Positions 1-9,204 of a stretch of 64,000 nucleotides of DNA are shown here, piece after piece. Source of the stretch: Candidatus Zixiibacteriota bacterium (GTDB taxonomy: Bacteria; Electryoneota; B3-LCP); assembly GCA_003599535.1 (NCBI GenBank), contig QZKQ01000071.1:4454-68453 (forward strand), in the 5' to 3' direction. The notes below the pieces were generated by a model, which searched no databases, was not told the DNA's origin, and saw nothing but the letters and a program-made list of their open reading frames with translations. How positions within the stretch are numbered: the first letter of the stretch is position 1; the number at the start of each line of letters is the position of its first letter. A program made the position numbers and the translations under genes.

Positions 1-2
1 AG

Positions 3-139
3 GGGGTATGGGGTATAGGGTATGGAACGGGCGATCCCTGCCGGGGTCGCCCCTTTTGTTATGGAAGAGGGAAAAAGTGAAAAGTGAAAAGTAAAAAGTA
101 AAAAGGAAAATGGAAAGATGGAAAGATAGAAAGATAGAG
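3..139. repeat. Short tandem 7-8 nt repeats (GGGGTAT, GTGAAAA/GTAAAAA, GGAAAGAT)
   Basis: Visible runs ggggtat-ggggtat-agggtat, gtgaaaa-gtgaaaa-gtaaaaa-gtaaaaa and ggaaagat-ggaaagat-agaaagat. Confidence 0.8.
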
Positions 140-140
140 G

Positions 141-164
141 GTGGGACAGACATGCTTGTCTGTC
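141..164 (+). repeat. REP-like palindrome GTGG-GACAGACA-tgct-TGTCTGTC
   Basis: GTGG tetranucleotide plus hairpin; related copy on minus strand at 63507-63530. Confidence 0.7.
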
Positions 165-178
165 GGTAGGGGAGGGGT

Positions 179-350
179 GTAGGGGCGATGCATCTGCCCT
201 CGGGAGGCCTCTGTCCCTCCCCAAACCCCGATTCTCCCCCGAAGGCAGCACCATCCAACCCGTCGAGCAGATGCTTCGCCCTCCTCTGGCAGCGGCACAC
301 CCCCTCCCGAAGGCAGCACCATCCAACCCGTCGAGCAGATGCTTCGCCCT
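179..350. repeat. GTAG-headed REP-like arm with a 45-bp direct repeat (238-282, 306-350)
   Basis: GTAGGGGCGATGCATCTG (179-196) is complementary, with one mismatch, to CAGATGCTTCGCCC present in both 45-bp copies. Confidence 0.75.
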
Positions 351-514
351 TTCGACGGTAGCGGCCTCGCCCCTGCACCTGCCGCACCCGGAGTTCCGCA
401 ACGGGGGGCGGCCCTGTCTGTTGGCTGTCTGCTGTAAGCTGACAGCTCTTTCCCGCCTCTTGGCTTTCTATCGCCCCGGACGGCCTCACTTCGCATTTAA
501 ACGCTTGAATTCGC

Positions 515-543
515 TTGACAAAAGGGGCTCAGTGATATATATT
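515..543 (+). promoter_or_regulatory. Sigma70-type promoter for the GNAT gene
   Basis: TTGACA-N17-TATATT. Confidence 0.7.
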
Positions 544-601
544 AAGAGCACAACACCAGACGGGCGCCCCCGCGGGCGCGATTTCACGCAAAGGAGGCAT
601 C

Positions 602-1066
602 ATGAACATTCGACCGGCTCAGGAGTCGGATCGGGCGACGCTGACCGCCCTGCACATCGCCGACGATATCGAAAAGTACAAGGACGCTCCCCAGGTCATG
701 CCGGCGCTGCGGCTGTCGGAGCTGTCCAGCCAGGGCCGGGACGTCATCCTGGTGGCCGAGGAGGAGGGCGAGGTGGTAGGTTACTTCTGGGCCGTGGCGT
801 TGCGGGTGTTCGACTACCGCCTGGGCCTGCTCTTTTACCTGTACGTGGAACGCAGTCACCGGCGCCGCGGCATCGGCCGCAAGCTGCTGCAGCAGGGCAT
901 CCAGGAACTGCACGCGTTGGGCGTGCGGCGTTTCTGGGCCACACCCGAAGCCCGTAACAGCATCACCCGGTCTCTCCTGGAAGCGGTCGGCTTCGAGCCC
1001 GGCCCGGAAAGGGTTTTCTACGTGAAGGTCGAGCCCGGCGCCCAGCACGAGTGGGATCGAGGTTAG
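602..1066 (+). CDS. GNAT family N-acetyltransferase
   Basis: LYVERSHRRRGIGRKLL acetyl-CoA binding motif; AGGAGG RBS. Confidence 0.9.
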   Translation: MNIRPAQESDRATLTALHIADDIEKYKDAPQVMPALRLSELSSQGRDVILVAEEEGEVVGYFWAVALRVFDYRLGLLFYLYVERSHRRRGIGRKLLQQGIQELHALGVRRFWATPEARNSITRSLLEAVGFEPGPERVFYVKVEPGAQHEWDRG

Positions 1067-1163
1067 GCGGGCGCCCCCATGCTGCTTCCGGTTCGTCCGG
1101 AGCGAAAAATGGCCGCACCGGAGTGCGGCCATTGCCGTTTCCAAAGCCAAACTGAAGAAAGCG

Positions 1164-1541
1164 TCAACCGGGCAGGTTCACGTCCGGCAGCAGCTTGGCG
1201 ATCAGTTCTTTCATCTGCCAGAACATGTAAGGCTTCTCCAGGAAGGCATCCGCCCGCTCTCGCTGCATCTGCATCTCCACGTCCGACAGTTGCACACCGC
1301 TGATCAGCACCACCGGAGCGGGATGCTCGTCTGACTTGATTTTTTCCAGGAGCTCCACTCCGGTCATGCCCGGCATGAAAATGTCGGCGATGACCAGGCA
1401 GGGCCGCTGACGCTGGTAGATTTCCCAGCCCGTGTGCCCATCTGTGGCGTGGAAAATGGTGAACCCCAGCGTCTCCAGGTAATCCTGCAGGATGGTGCGG
1501 ATGGTCGGATCGTCGTCCACAACCAGGACCATGCGATTCAT
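1164..1541 (-). CDS. Single-domain response regulator (CheY-like receiver)
   Basis: VLVVDDD, DIFMPGMTG, FLEKP. Confidence 0.92.
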   Translation of the reverse strand: MNRMVLVVDDDPTIRTILQDYLETLGFTIFHATDGHTGWEIYQRQRPCLVIADIFMPGMTGVELLEKIKSDEHPAPVVLISGVQLSDVEMQMQRERADAFLEKPYMFWQMKELIAKLLPDVNLPG

Positions 1542-1682
1542 GGACCTCTCCCAAGCAACGTGCGTGATCCGCCGGACAGGTCAGGTGGTCCGGCGAGGGA
1601 AGATAAAAATGTCGGAGGGAGAACAATCAGCGACGAGAAGCAGTCCGAGCCAAGAGACTGTGTGCGCCAACAGCCGAGGGAA

Positions 1683-1757
1683 TGGTGACCCCCAGGGGAT
1701 TCGAACCCCTGTTACAAGATCGAAAATCTTGAGTCCTAACCACTAGACGAGGGGGCC
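1683..1757 (-). tRNA. tRNA-Glu(TTC)
   Basis: Cloverleaf GGCCCCC...GGGGGTCACCA; anticodon arm CAAGA-TTTTCGA-TCTTG; GGTTCGAATCC T-loop. Confidence 0.97.
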
Positions 1758-2054
1758 GTGGCGGAAGGCATTTCAGCCAATTAATATACACAACTCCGAT
1801 TATAAATCCAAGCAATTTTTGGACATTCGCGTTTCCCCATGAGGGCCGCTGCACGTCCTCGCCGCCGGTTCTCCCGTCCCTACGCTTAAACCCATCTTCT
1901 CGCCCCGGGTGTTCCCGCCGGCCAACAGCGCCGCGCGGGAATTCGTACCTTTTACGACCCTTTTTCCCGGCCTGCATAAGGCTGATATTTTTTTTCGCCT
2001 GCGCCACGACTGTATTCGCCTTTCACGTACACCATTGCAGAAGGGTCATTACGC

Positions 2055-2522
2055 ATGAAATCCGACCTCGTCAAAGCGTTTATCGCCGCTCTGGAATCGG
2101 ACGATCCGCACCGTGCAGGCGAGTACTTGTCTGACGATTTCACCTTTCAGGGGCCCATTCCCGGCCCCTTGAATAAAGCGGAGTTTCTGGACTATTTCAG
2201 CGCTTTGAAGAAGGGCTTGCCGGACTTCGCCTTCAACCTGGACACCATCCGGGAAGAGGAAGGCATCCTCTTCGGCGTGCTCCACCGCACCGGGACCCAC
2301 ACCGGGGAACTGGCGCTGCCCGGCATCGTGCCCATCCTGCCCACCGGAATGTCGGTGGCCCTGCCCAACGAGCCCATCCATTTCCACTTTTGCGGCAACC
2401 AGATCTGCGAGCTGGAAATTGACCACGCCTCCGGGGGAGGCCTGGAGGGCATCCTGGAGCAGTTGGGGGCCGAAATGCCGCAAAACTGGAACTGGCACCA
2501 GGAACCCGTACCGTCGATATGA
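2055..2522 (+). CDS. SnoaL-like / ester cyclase (NTF2-like) protein, copy 1
   Basis: YLSDDF, LPDF, GTHTG, PTG and terminal LEQLG motifs. Confidence 0.85.
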   Translation: MKSDLVKAFIAALESDDPHRAGEYLSDDFTFQGPIPGPLNKAEFLDYFSALKKGLPDFAFNLDTIREEEGILFGVLHRTGTHTGELALPGIVPILPTGMSVALPNEPIHFHFCGNQICELEIDHASGGGLEGILEQLGAEMPQNWNWHQEPVPSI

Positions 2523-2566
2523 CCGGGGATACCGTGACCGTCGCGTAGCCGGATGGTACCTCGACT

Positions 2567-2603
2567 GGAAAAAACCGTGCCTGAAAAGCGCACGGTTTTT
2601 TCC
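2567..2603. terminator. Intrinsic (bidirectional) terminator
   Basis: GGAAAAAACCGTGC...GCACGGTTTTTTCC. Confidence 0.8.
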
Positions 2604-2726
2604 TTCCCGTGCCATCGAATTAAACTGGAAATAGCCAAATTCGGGCTAACTCCCTGCCGTATCCTTTAATGAATCACGCAAACGACCGGCCATGCTTGGT
2701 CGCTGTTTTATCCTTGACCCGAAGCC

Positions 2727-3260
2727 ATGATCGAACCACAAGAGATGACGGATACGCAGGACCGGCTGTCCACCCGGGTGGACTTCATCCTCGCGCTTAT
2801 GCCCGAGATGGAATCCGGCCATCCCGACCGAGCCGTCCGGTACCTCTCGGACGATTTCATATACACCGACACGTTCCCCGAACCCCTGAACCGGGATCAG
2901 TACCTGGAATTCCAGCGTCTCCTGAAGCAGGCCTTCCCCGATTGGTCGCATCACCTGCGGGATTTCGAAGCGGAGGGCGAAGATATCGTTCACGCGATCC
3001 TGGAGCGCGGCGGCACGCACACAGGCGAGCTGGTGTTGCCCGGATTGCAGCCCATACCTCCCACCGGCGTCACCGTACAGTTACCGCCCGAGCCGGTCAT
3101 CTTCTCCTTCTTCGAAGACATCATTGACAAAATCCAGGTAGAAGAAATCCCGGGCGGCGGTCTGGAAGGCCTCCTGAGCCACCTGGGGGTCGAAATGCCC
3201 TGGACCTACAGCGGCCTGTGGACCCGGCGCCTGATCAAACCGCCCGCCGCCATTCTCTGA
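2727..3260 (+). CDS. SnoaL-like protein, copy 2
   Basis: YLSDDF, AFPDW, GTHTG, PPTG, GGGLEGLLSHLG. Confidence 0.85.
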   Translation: MIEPQEMTDTQDRLSTRVDFILALMPEMESGHPDRAVRYLSDDFIYTDTFPEPLNRDQYLEFQRLLKQAFPDWSHHLRDFEAEGEDIVHAILERGGTHTGELVLPGLQPIPPTGVTVQLPPEPVIFSFFEDIIDKIQVEEIPGGGLEGLLSHLGVEMPWTYSGLWTRRLIKPPAAIL

Positions 3261-3327
3261 TTCCTCCTGCATCGCCATGCACCTTCCCGGGACCTCCCGC
3301 CGGGATATCCCTGCCTTTCGCGCCGGA

Positions 3328-3467
3328 TGTTATCAATTATAACATAATTGTTGCATTTGTAACAATTAGGCGCTTTTCGATCCAACGGGGCAGCAGTCGC
3401 CTCGTACCCCTTACGTACCCTTGATTTACCCGCCGTACGACCCGCTAAGTTACTGTTATTTATAACA
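3328..3467. promoter_or_regulatory. Two TGTTAT-N-ATAACA palindromes (candidate operators)
   Basis: TGTTAT-N5-ATAACA at 3328-3344 and TGTTAT-N2-ATAACA at 3454-3467 in an AT-rich spacer. Confidence 0.45.
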
Positions 3468-3515
3468 TTATTTAAAGCACCAACCCTCTCGTGGGGCTAT
3501 TCAGCAGAGGAACCC

Positions 3516-4034
3516 ATGGAAAAATTGAACCTCCTCAAGGCAGTCGCGGCGGAACTGGAAATGGAAAATCCCAGGGGCTTGGCCCGTTACCTGTCGGATG
3601 ATTTCGTCTACAGCGGCGCGATTCCGGAACCCTTGAGCAAGCACCAGTATATTGAGTTCATGGCGGCCATCAAGCAGGCGTTGCCGGACTGGTCTTACGC
3701 CATCGAGGCGATCAAGGATCTCGGCCACAATGTCATCCGGCTGTTGGTGCAGCCCCAGGGGACGCACATGGGAGATCTGATCCTGCCGGGGATGGAGCCG
3801 ATTTCTGCCACGGGCGCCCGGCTGGTCCTGCCCCACGAGATCGTGGATTACACCTTCAAAGACCATAAAATCCTGGAAATTGTCTCCTGGACGAGCTCGG
3901 GAGGAGGGTTCAGCGGTCTGCTGACGCAGCTGGGCGCCGACCTCACCCGCATTTTCTGGTCCATGTTGGGCCTGCCGCAAACGGAGCGGGAGACGCGGGA
4001 AAGAGCGCCGGCGCGCGAGGCGGTTCTGGCCTGA
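3516..4034 (+). CDS. SnoaL-like protein, copy 3
   Basis: YLSDDF, ALPDW, GTHMG, ATG, LLTQLG; GAGG RBS. Confidence 0.85.
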   Translation: MEKLNLLKAVAAELEMENPRGLARYLSDDFVYSGAIPEPLSKHQYIEFMAAIKQALPDWSYAIEAIKDLGHNVIRLLVQPQGTHMGDLILPGMEPISATGARLVLPHEIVDYTFKDHKILEIVSWTSSGGGFSGLLTQLGADLTRIFWSMLGLPQTERETRERAPAREAVLA

Positions 4035-4278
4035 TTCCAGCCGATTCCGGCCGGGAAAAAAGTGACAACAACGGGCCCGCCCCGGGGGTAGTCTGCGGAT
4101 ATCCCCGGAGCGGGTTTGTTGTTTTCCGGCGAATTTTTCGGCGTTTGCGCACCAAACTGGGGTTTCAGGCTGTGCGTATCTCATCACAGGCGGGAAATGG
4201 CAGCGCCATTCCCCGATCCCCCTGCGTTTCACGCATCACCCGCGCCTGCATCCCACTGCGACCCTTGAAAGTGACGCC

Positions 4279-4743
4279 ATGAAGAATTCCCAAATTGTCA
4301 AGACCGTCATGGACCATCTCGAATCGGACGATCCGGAGCGAGCGCGCAAGTTCCTCGCCCCCGACTTCCACTTCGAAGGGTCCGTGACCCGACCCCTGAA
4401 CCTCGACCAGATGCTGGAGATCGTCACCGCCATCATGAAGGCCTTTCCCGACTGGAGCATGCAGTTTTCCCTGCTCCACGAGGACGGCGAAGTGGTGCGG
4501 GGGATGGTCGAACCGCAGGGCACACACACGGGAGATGATTTACGCTTGCCGGGCATCGCGCCGATCCCGGCCACCGGCATCTCGGTCATTCTGGCCCGGA
4601 CGCCGATCCAATTCCTGGTCCGTGAAGGGAAAATTACGCAGATCCGCCTGGAGGCGGGGTCCAGCGCCGGCATTCCCGCAATTCTGGAACAACTGGGGCT
4701 GGAACCGGAGGCCATTTTACCGCAACTGCTGGAAGAAGAATGA
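4279..4743 (+). CDS. SnoaL-like protein, copy 4
   Basis: ESDDP, AFPDW, GTHTG, PIPATG, LEQLG. Confidence 0.85.
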   Translation: MKNSQIVKTVMDHLESDDPERARKFLAPDFHFEGSVTRPLNLDQMLEIVTAIMKAFPDWSMQFSLLHEDGEVVRGMVEPQGTHTGDDLRLPGIAPIPATGISVILARTPIQFLVREGKITQIRLEAGSSAGIPAILEQLGLEPEAILPQLLEEE

Positions 4744-4921
4744 CCGGCTCTTAGAGTTGCGGGCCGGGATCCTCTGGCTGCCTGATCCCGTCCCCGCTTG
4801 CGCCGATCCCCCTGTCCCGCCGGAGGCGATCCTCCGGCGCCTCCAGACCCTCAGCGTACGGTGCGCCACGACCTATCCTGATCGAGTATCGCGATCACTA
4901 TCGTAACGACGGGAGGCACCC

Positions 4922-5404
4922 ATGGAACGGGTGGACATCATCAAGGCGTTGGTCGCGGACCTGGAATCGGATGATCCGCGCCAGGCGGCAGCCTATCTTA
5001 CCGAGGACTTTCGACTGATCGGAGAAAGCCCCCAACCGCTAGACAAGGACGCGTTCCTGGAACTGGCTAAAGCCCTGAAACGCGGTTTCCCCGATTGGTC
5101 TTATGGTCTGGGCGAGTACATGAGCCAGCACGGCCGGGTGATCCGGACGGTGATGAGTAACTCCGGCACCCACGTGCAGGAGTTCTCGCTGCCGGGCCTG
5201 CGGCCGGTACCGCCGACGGGATTTTCCATCGCCCAGCCTCCGGAAGCCATGGAATTCGAATTCCGGGGATCGCGCATCTGCGTCATCCGGGTGGAAGCGG
5301 CCTCCGGCGGCGGACTCATGGGCCTGCTGGAGTGGCTGGGAGTCGAACTCCCCGTCTGTACCCATGGATTGTTCAAAAAAAAGCCGGAAGTGGAATACGC
5401 ATGA
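4922..5404 (+). CDS. SnoaL-like protein, copy 5
   Basis: ESDDP, GFPDW, GTH, PPTG, GGGLMGLLEWLG; GGAGG RBS. Confidence 0.85.
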   Translation: MERVDIIKALVADLESDDPRQAAAYLTEDFRLIGESPQPLDKDAFLELAKALKRGFPDWSYGLGEYMSQHGRVIRTVMSNSGTHVQEFSLPGLRPVPPTGFSIAQPPEAMEFEFRGSRICVIRVEAASGGGLMGLLEWLGVELPVCTHGLFKKKPEVEYA

Positions 5405-5435
5405 TGGCTGCGGCCATGATCTGCATGAGGTAAGG

Positions 5436-5891
5436 ATGGATAAAATCGCGATCGTTAAAACCTTCATGGCGGAAATCGAATCCCGGGACCCGACCCGCGC
5501 CAGCCGTTACCTGTCGGACGACTTCGTGTTCCAGGGGCCGGCGCAGCATCAACTGGACAAGGACGACTTTCTCCAAGCCATCGTTGCCATCCGGGAGGCA
5601 TTTCCCGACTGGTCCTTCAACTTGGGCGAAGTGACGGAACGCGGGGGCCGCGTCCGGGTGCAGATCAGTCCCGGCGGCACCCATACGCGGGCTCTGCGGC
5701 TGCTGGACATGATTTCCCTGCCGGCCACCGGGACCATCGTGGATCTGCCGCCCGAAACCCTCCAGTTCATCTTCGAAGGGCTGTTGATCCTGGAGATTCG
5801 CGTGGAGAAGGCTCGCAAGGGATGGATGGGGAAACTGCTGGCCGAGCTGGGGATCCCCCACCCCACCCGGGCCCTCGAGCCGGTAACGTAA
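5436..5891 (+). CDS. SnoaL-like protein, copy 6
   Basis: Start placed at MDKIAIVK after GAGGT RBS; YLSDDF, AFPDW, GTHT, PATG. Confidence 0.85.
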   Translation: MDKIAIVKTFMAEIESRDPTRASRYLSDDFVFQGPAQHQLDKDDFLQAIVAIREAFPDWSFNLGEVTERGGRVRVQISPGGTHTRALRLLDMISLPATGTIVDLPPETLQFIFEGLLILEIRVEKARKGWMGKLLAELGIPHPTRALEPVT

Positions 5892-5908
5892 CCGGCAACA
5901 AAGTATGG

Positions 5909-5974
5909 GGGGCGTCCGGGAAGGACACGATGAAGCTGACCAGGACCCGATACCATAGACCCGGGACGCCCCAC
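5909..5974 (-). repeat. Long-loop GTGG-headed REP-like hairpin
   Basis: Minus strand GTGGGGCGTCC...GGACGCCCC. Confidence 0.5.
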
Positions 5975-6000
5975 CTGACGTGCGATGACCCCGAAACGAC

Positions 6001-6029
6001 TCCGGGCCGGCAGAATCTGCCGGCCCGGA
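6001..6029. terminator. Hairpin terminator between convergent genes
   Basis: TCCGGGCCGGCAGA-A-TCTGCCGGCCCGGA followed by TTTATT. Confidence 0.75.
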
Positions 6030-6057
6030 TTTATTATCCCCATAACCGCGCCCGAAG

Positions 6058-7800
6058 TCAGGGGACCAGGTCCACTCTCTCCACCACTGCGCCTTCCGGC
6101 GTGATCACCGACAGGGTCACCCGGGAACCGTCCACCTCCACCAGGCTCAGGTGGGACAGCGGGTAAAAGGCCTGTACCGCCCCGGCCCAGGGGACCTCGC
6201 GGTCGCGCTGGTAGAACGGGGCGCCGGCGCCTCCGGTGACGATCTGCCACACGGGGTGGGTATAGGCGGAATCCACCCGGGCATCCACCAGGGTGCGGCT
6301 GTAGTTGTGCTCGTGGCCGAAGAAGGCGGCCGCCACCCGGTGGCGGACGAGAAGACCCCAGAAATGGTCGCGGAGAGCCAGAATTTCCGGGTCCTGGCCC
6401 TTCCACCACATGGCGTCCTGCACGTGCCCGCCGTTGGGGAAGGCGGGATCGTGGGCCAGTACGAAGAGGTGTTCCTGCCCCCGGGCGCGGGCGGCGGCCA
6501 GGTCGCGGTCGAGCCACTCCAACTGTTCGGGGCGGAAGAATCCCTGGCGCAGACCCGGCTCTCCGGCGGCTAACGGGCCGGGCCCTTTGAGGAACCAGGT
6601 GTTGTTGAGCATGACGAAATGGGCGGGGCCCCAGTCGAAGGAGTAGACGTTCTCGCGGTACGTCGGGAAGCCCGCGGCGGCGGAATCGGGGCCGTTTACG
6701 GGGTTGACGAAGTGCCGGGCGAAGAGGGCCTCCCCCGATTCTTCTCCCACACGGGGCAGGTAGTCGCCTTTGCCTCCCTCGGCCATCCACTGCACGGTCT
6801 GGTCGTGGTTGCCCATGCCTTCGTAGAGGGGAATCCGGGCGGCGATGGGGGCCGTGGCGCGGTTCCAGGCGCGCAGTTGCCGGGCCATGTCCTCGGGATC
6901 CGTGGTGAAGCCGCTGACCAGGTCGCCGGGGAAGAGGATGAACTCGGCGCCGGCGGCGGCCGCCTGGTTCAACAGCGCCTGGAGCGCCGGCTGGCTGACC
7001 CCTTCGACGAGGTACTCCCCGCCCAGGCTGTTACCCCGGCTGTCGCACAACACGGCGAAGCGAACCGGGGCTGCCGCGCCCGGGGCCGGGGCGGTGCGGA
7101 AGGCGTAGACGGGGGTGGAAAATTCCTGCCCGCCGCCGGCCTCCCAGGTGAGGCGGTAAGTATACCGGGTGGCCGGCTCCAGGCCATCCAGGGGCAGTTC
7201 GAAGGTTTGCGCCGGGGTCGGGGGAGCGATGATCCGCCCGCCGGGATCGAGGGTGAGGCGGAAATTGGCGGGGACGTCAAACGCTCCCGAAACCACCGCC
7301 CCGCGATCGCTGACCAGGTCCAGGAAGGGGCCCTCGGCCAGGGCGGGGGCGGAATGGTACCGGCCGTCGGGGGTGCGCCGGTAGGCGAAGCTGCGGTCCA
7401 GGACGCGCAGCCGCTCGCCGAGAATCTGGAGGCGCAGGCAGACAGAACCTCCGCCGCGGCCGGCCAGGTCGTTGACGTCGGCCCGGATATATTCCAGGTC
7501 CTTCAGGTGCAGGCGGACGGTCAGGCGCCGGCCGCCATCATCGGGGGACAGCGTGCCGGAGACACGGTAGGCGGGGTAGTCGAGGGGGGCATCCAGGGGC
7601 CGCACGCCCAGGAACGCCTGGCCGCCGGTGCAGGAGTCCCAGGTTTCCACGACCACCTGCACGGCGCCGTCGGGGGCGACGGTGACAGCCGGCTCGGACT
7701 TCAGGAAGGTGCCGGGGTTCGGCCGGTCCGCGGCGGCGGGCCGGGCGGCCAGCAGGAGGGCGGCGCAGAGGACAAAACGTACCCGCAGGGCAAGGGTCAT
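6058..7800 (-). CDS. Secreted metallophosphoesterase (purple acid phosphatase-like, FN3 domain)
   Basis: Signal peptide MTLALRVRF...AAA; LEPATRYTY (FN3); DSRG, GDLV, GNHD, GHEH motifs. Confidence 0.88.
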   Translation of the reverse strand: MTLALRVRFVLCAALLLAARPAAADRPNPGTFLKSEPAVTVAPDGAVQVVVETWDSCTGGQAFLGVRPLDAPLDYPAYRVSGTLSPDDGGRRLTVRLHLKDLEYIRADVNDLAGRGGGSVCLRLQILGERLRVLDRSFAYRRTPDGRYHSAPALAEGPFLDLVSDRGAVVSGAFDVPANFRLTLDPGGRIIAPPTPAQTFELPLDGLEPATRYTYRLTWEAGGGQEFSTPVYAFRTAPAPGAAAPVRFAVLCDSRGNSLGGEYLVEGVSQPALQALLNQAAAAGAEFILFPGDLVSGFTTDPEDMARQLRAWNRATAPIAARIPLYEGMGNHDQTVQWMAEGGKGDYLPRVGEESGEALFARHFVNPVNGPDSAAAGFPTYRENVYSFDWGPAHFVMLNNTWFLKGPGPLAAGEPGLRQGFFRPEQLEWLDRDLAAARARGQEHLFVLAHDPAFPNGGHVQDAMWWKGQDPEILALRDHFWGLLVRHRVAAAFFGHEHNYSRTLVDARVDSAYTHPVWQIVTGGAGAPFYQRDREVPWAGAVQAFYPLSHLSLVEVDGSRVTLSVITPEGAVVERVDLVP

Positions 7801-8990
7801 GACGACTCCAGGGGAAGATGGATGGTGAACCGGCTGCCGCGCCCCAACTCGCTGGCGACTTCGATGCTGCCGCCGTGGGCTTCCACGGTGCGCTTGACAA
7901 TGGCCATACCCAGCCCGGTGCCGTCCTGGCGCTGGGAAAAGAAGTCGTCGAACACCCGGGCGGCCACTTCCGGGGTCATCCCCGTGCCGGTGTCGCGGAA
8001 TTCCAGGCACAGGAGGCGCCCCTGGCGGCGGCAGGAGAAGGCGAATGTGCCCCCTTCGGGCATGGCGGCGGTGGCGTTGGCGGCCAGGTTGTAGAAAACG
8101 TTCTTGAACTTGTCCGGGTCGAAGAAGACCGGGCCGTCGTACTCCACGTGCGTCTGGAAGCGCACGCCGCTGCCTTCGAAGTCGCGGCCCAGGAACTCTT
8201 CCACCTCGCGCAGCCAGTCGGCCAGGTTCACCCGGCGCATGTGGATGTCGCGCTCGCCCTTGGAGAAGCGCAGAATTTCATTGGCCATGTCCACCAGTCG
8301 CTGCACCTCCCGCACGATGGTGTCGGCGTAGCGGCGGCGCTTTTCCGCGGCCAGGGCATCGCCGGCCAGGAGCTGGGCGTAGCCGCTGATGCAGGTCAGC
8401 GGCTTCTTCAGGTCGTGGATGATGCCGGAGGCGAGCCTGCCTACCAGTGAGAGACGCTCTTGTTGCAGGAGCTGTTCCTGGGCGGCCTTCAGGTCGGCCA
8501 GCGCCTGGGCGAGCTGGCGGTTCTTTTCCAGGATCTTTTCGGCGAAGCGGGTGTCGCTGCGGCGCAGGTTGTGGGACAGCGCCCGGGTCACCTCAAAGTG
8601 GATGGAGGGGTGCTCGCGGATCAGCTCGTCGAAATCGGGGCGGGAGATAACCAGCAGCTCGCAGGGGGTCAGGGCCCGCACGGTGGAGGATCGGGGGCGG
8701 GATTCGATCAGGGCCATCTCGCCGAAGAAGTCCCCGGAGCGGCCCAGGGTGGCCACCACCTCGCTGCCGGCGCTGGTGTCGCGAACGATCTCCACCCGGC
8801 CCCGCTCGATGATGTAGAAGGCTTCCGGCGGTTCCCCGCTGCTGATGATGACTTCGCCGGACTCCACCGAGAGGATGGAGACCAGGGTGGCCAGGCGTTC
8901 CAACTCTTCGAATTTCAGCCCGTCGAAGAAGTGGATGCGCCGCAGGAGCAGCACGATGGTTTCGTGGTTCGCCGTCAGGTCGGTGGTCAT
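7797..8990 (-). CDS. cNMP-binding-domain sensor histidine kinase
   Basis: FFGEMAL...PRSSTV; H-box IIHDLKKPL; N-box NLAANA; DTGTG; GTGLG. Confidence 0.92.
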   Translation of the reverse strand: MTTDLTANHETIVLLLRRIHFFDGLKFEELERLATLVSILSVESGEVIISSGEPPEAFYIIERGRVEIVRDTSAGSEVVATLGRSGDFFGEMALIESRPRSSTVRALTPCELLVISRPDFDELIREHPSIHFEVTRALSHNLRRSDTRFAEKILEKNRQLAQALADLKAAQEQLLQQERLSLVGRLASGIIHDLKKPLTCISGYAQLLAGDALAAEKRRRYADTIVREVQRLVDMANEILRFSKGERDIHMRRVNLADWLREVEEFLGRDFEGSGVRFQTHVEYDGPVFFDPDKFKNVFYNLAANATAAMPEGGTFAFSCRRQGRLLCLEFRDTGTGMTPEVAARVFDDFFSQRQDGTGLGMAIVKRTVEAHGGSIEVASELGRGSRFTIHLPLESS

Positions 8991-9204
8991 GGGAGGGGCC
9001 GTCGCGTCTGGGTTGATTTCTGCAGGCCAATATACGAAGGCGGCGCGGGCTTGTCAACGGAAATCACCACGGTTTGACCCATGCCCCCCCCGGACCGGCG
9101 GGCACACGGTAAAACCTGACTTTGTCCTTGCGCGAGGCCTCGGGGGGAGGTATCTTAAAAAAAAACGGCGATCGAGTGATCGCCGCTTAAGGACACCAGC
9201 GAAG

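Noticed and set aside
238-350. CRISPR array from the 45-bp direct repeat
   Set aside because: Only two copies with a 23-nt spacer, no cas genes, and the repeat is a REP arm
5364-5435. N-terminal extensions in the ORF track (here, and 7801-8010, 18970-19293, 39308-39559, 54928-55662, 61569-62516)
   Set aside because: They overlap neighbouring genes or promoters; downstream starts fit RBS position and/or family N-termini better
1683-5891. Integrative element at tRNA-Glu carrying the SnoaL array
   Set aside because: The array is on the 5' side of the tRNA; no integrase or duplicated tRNA 3' end was seen
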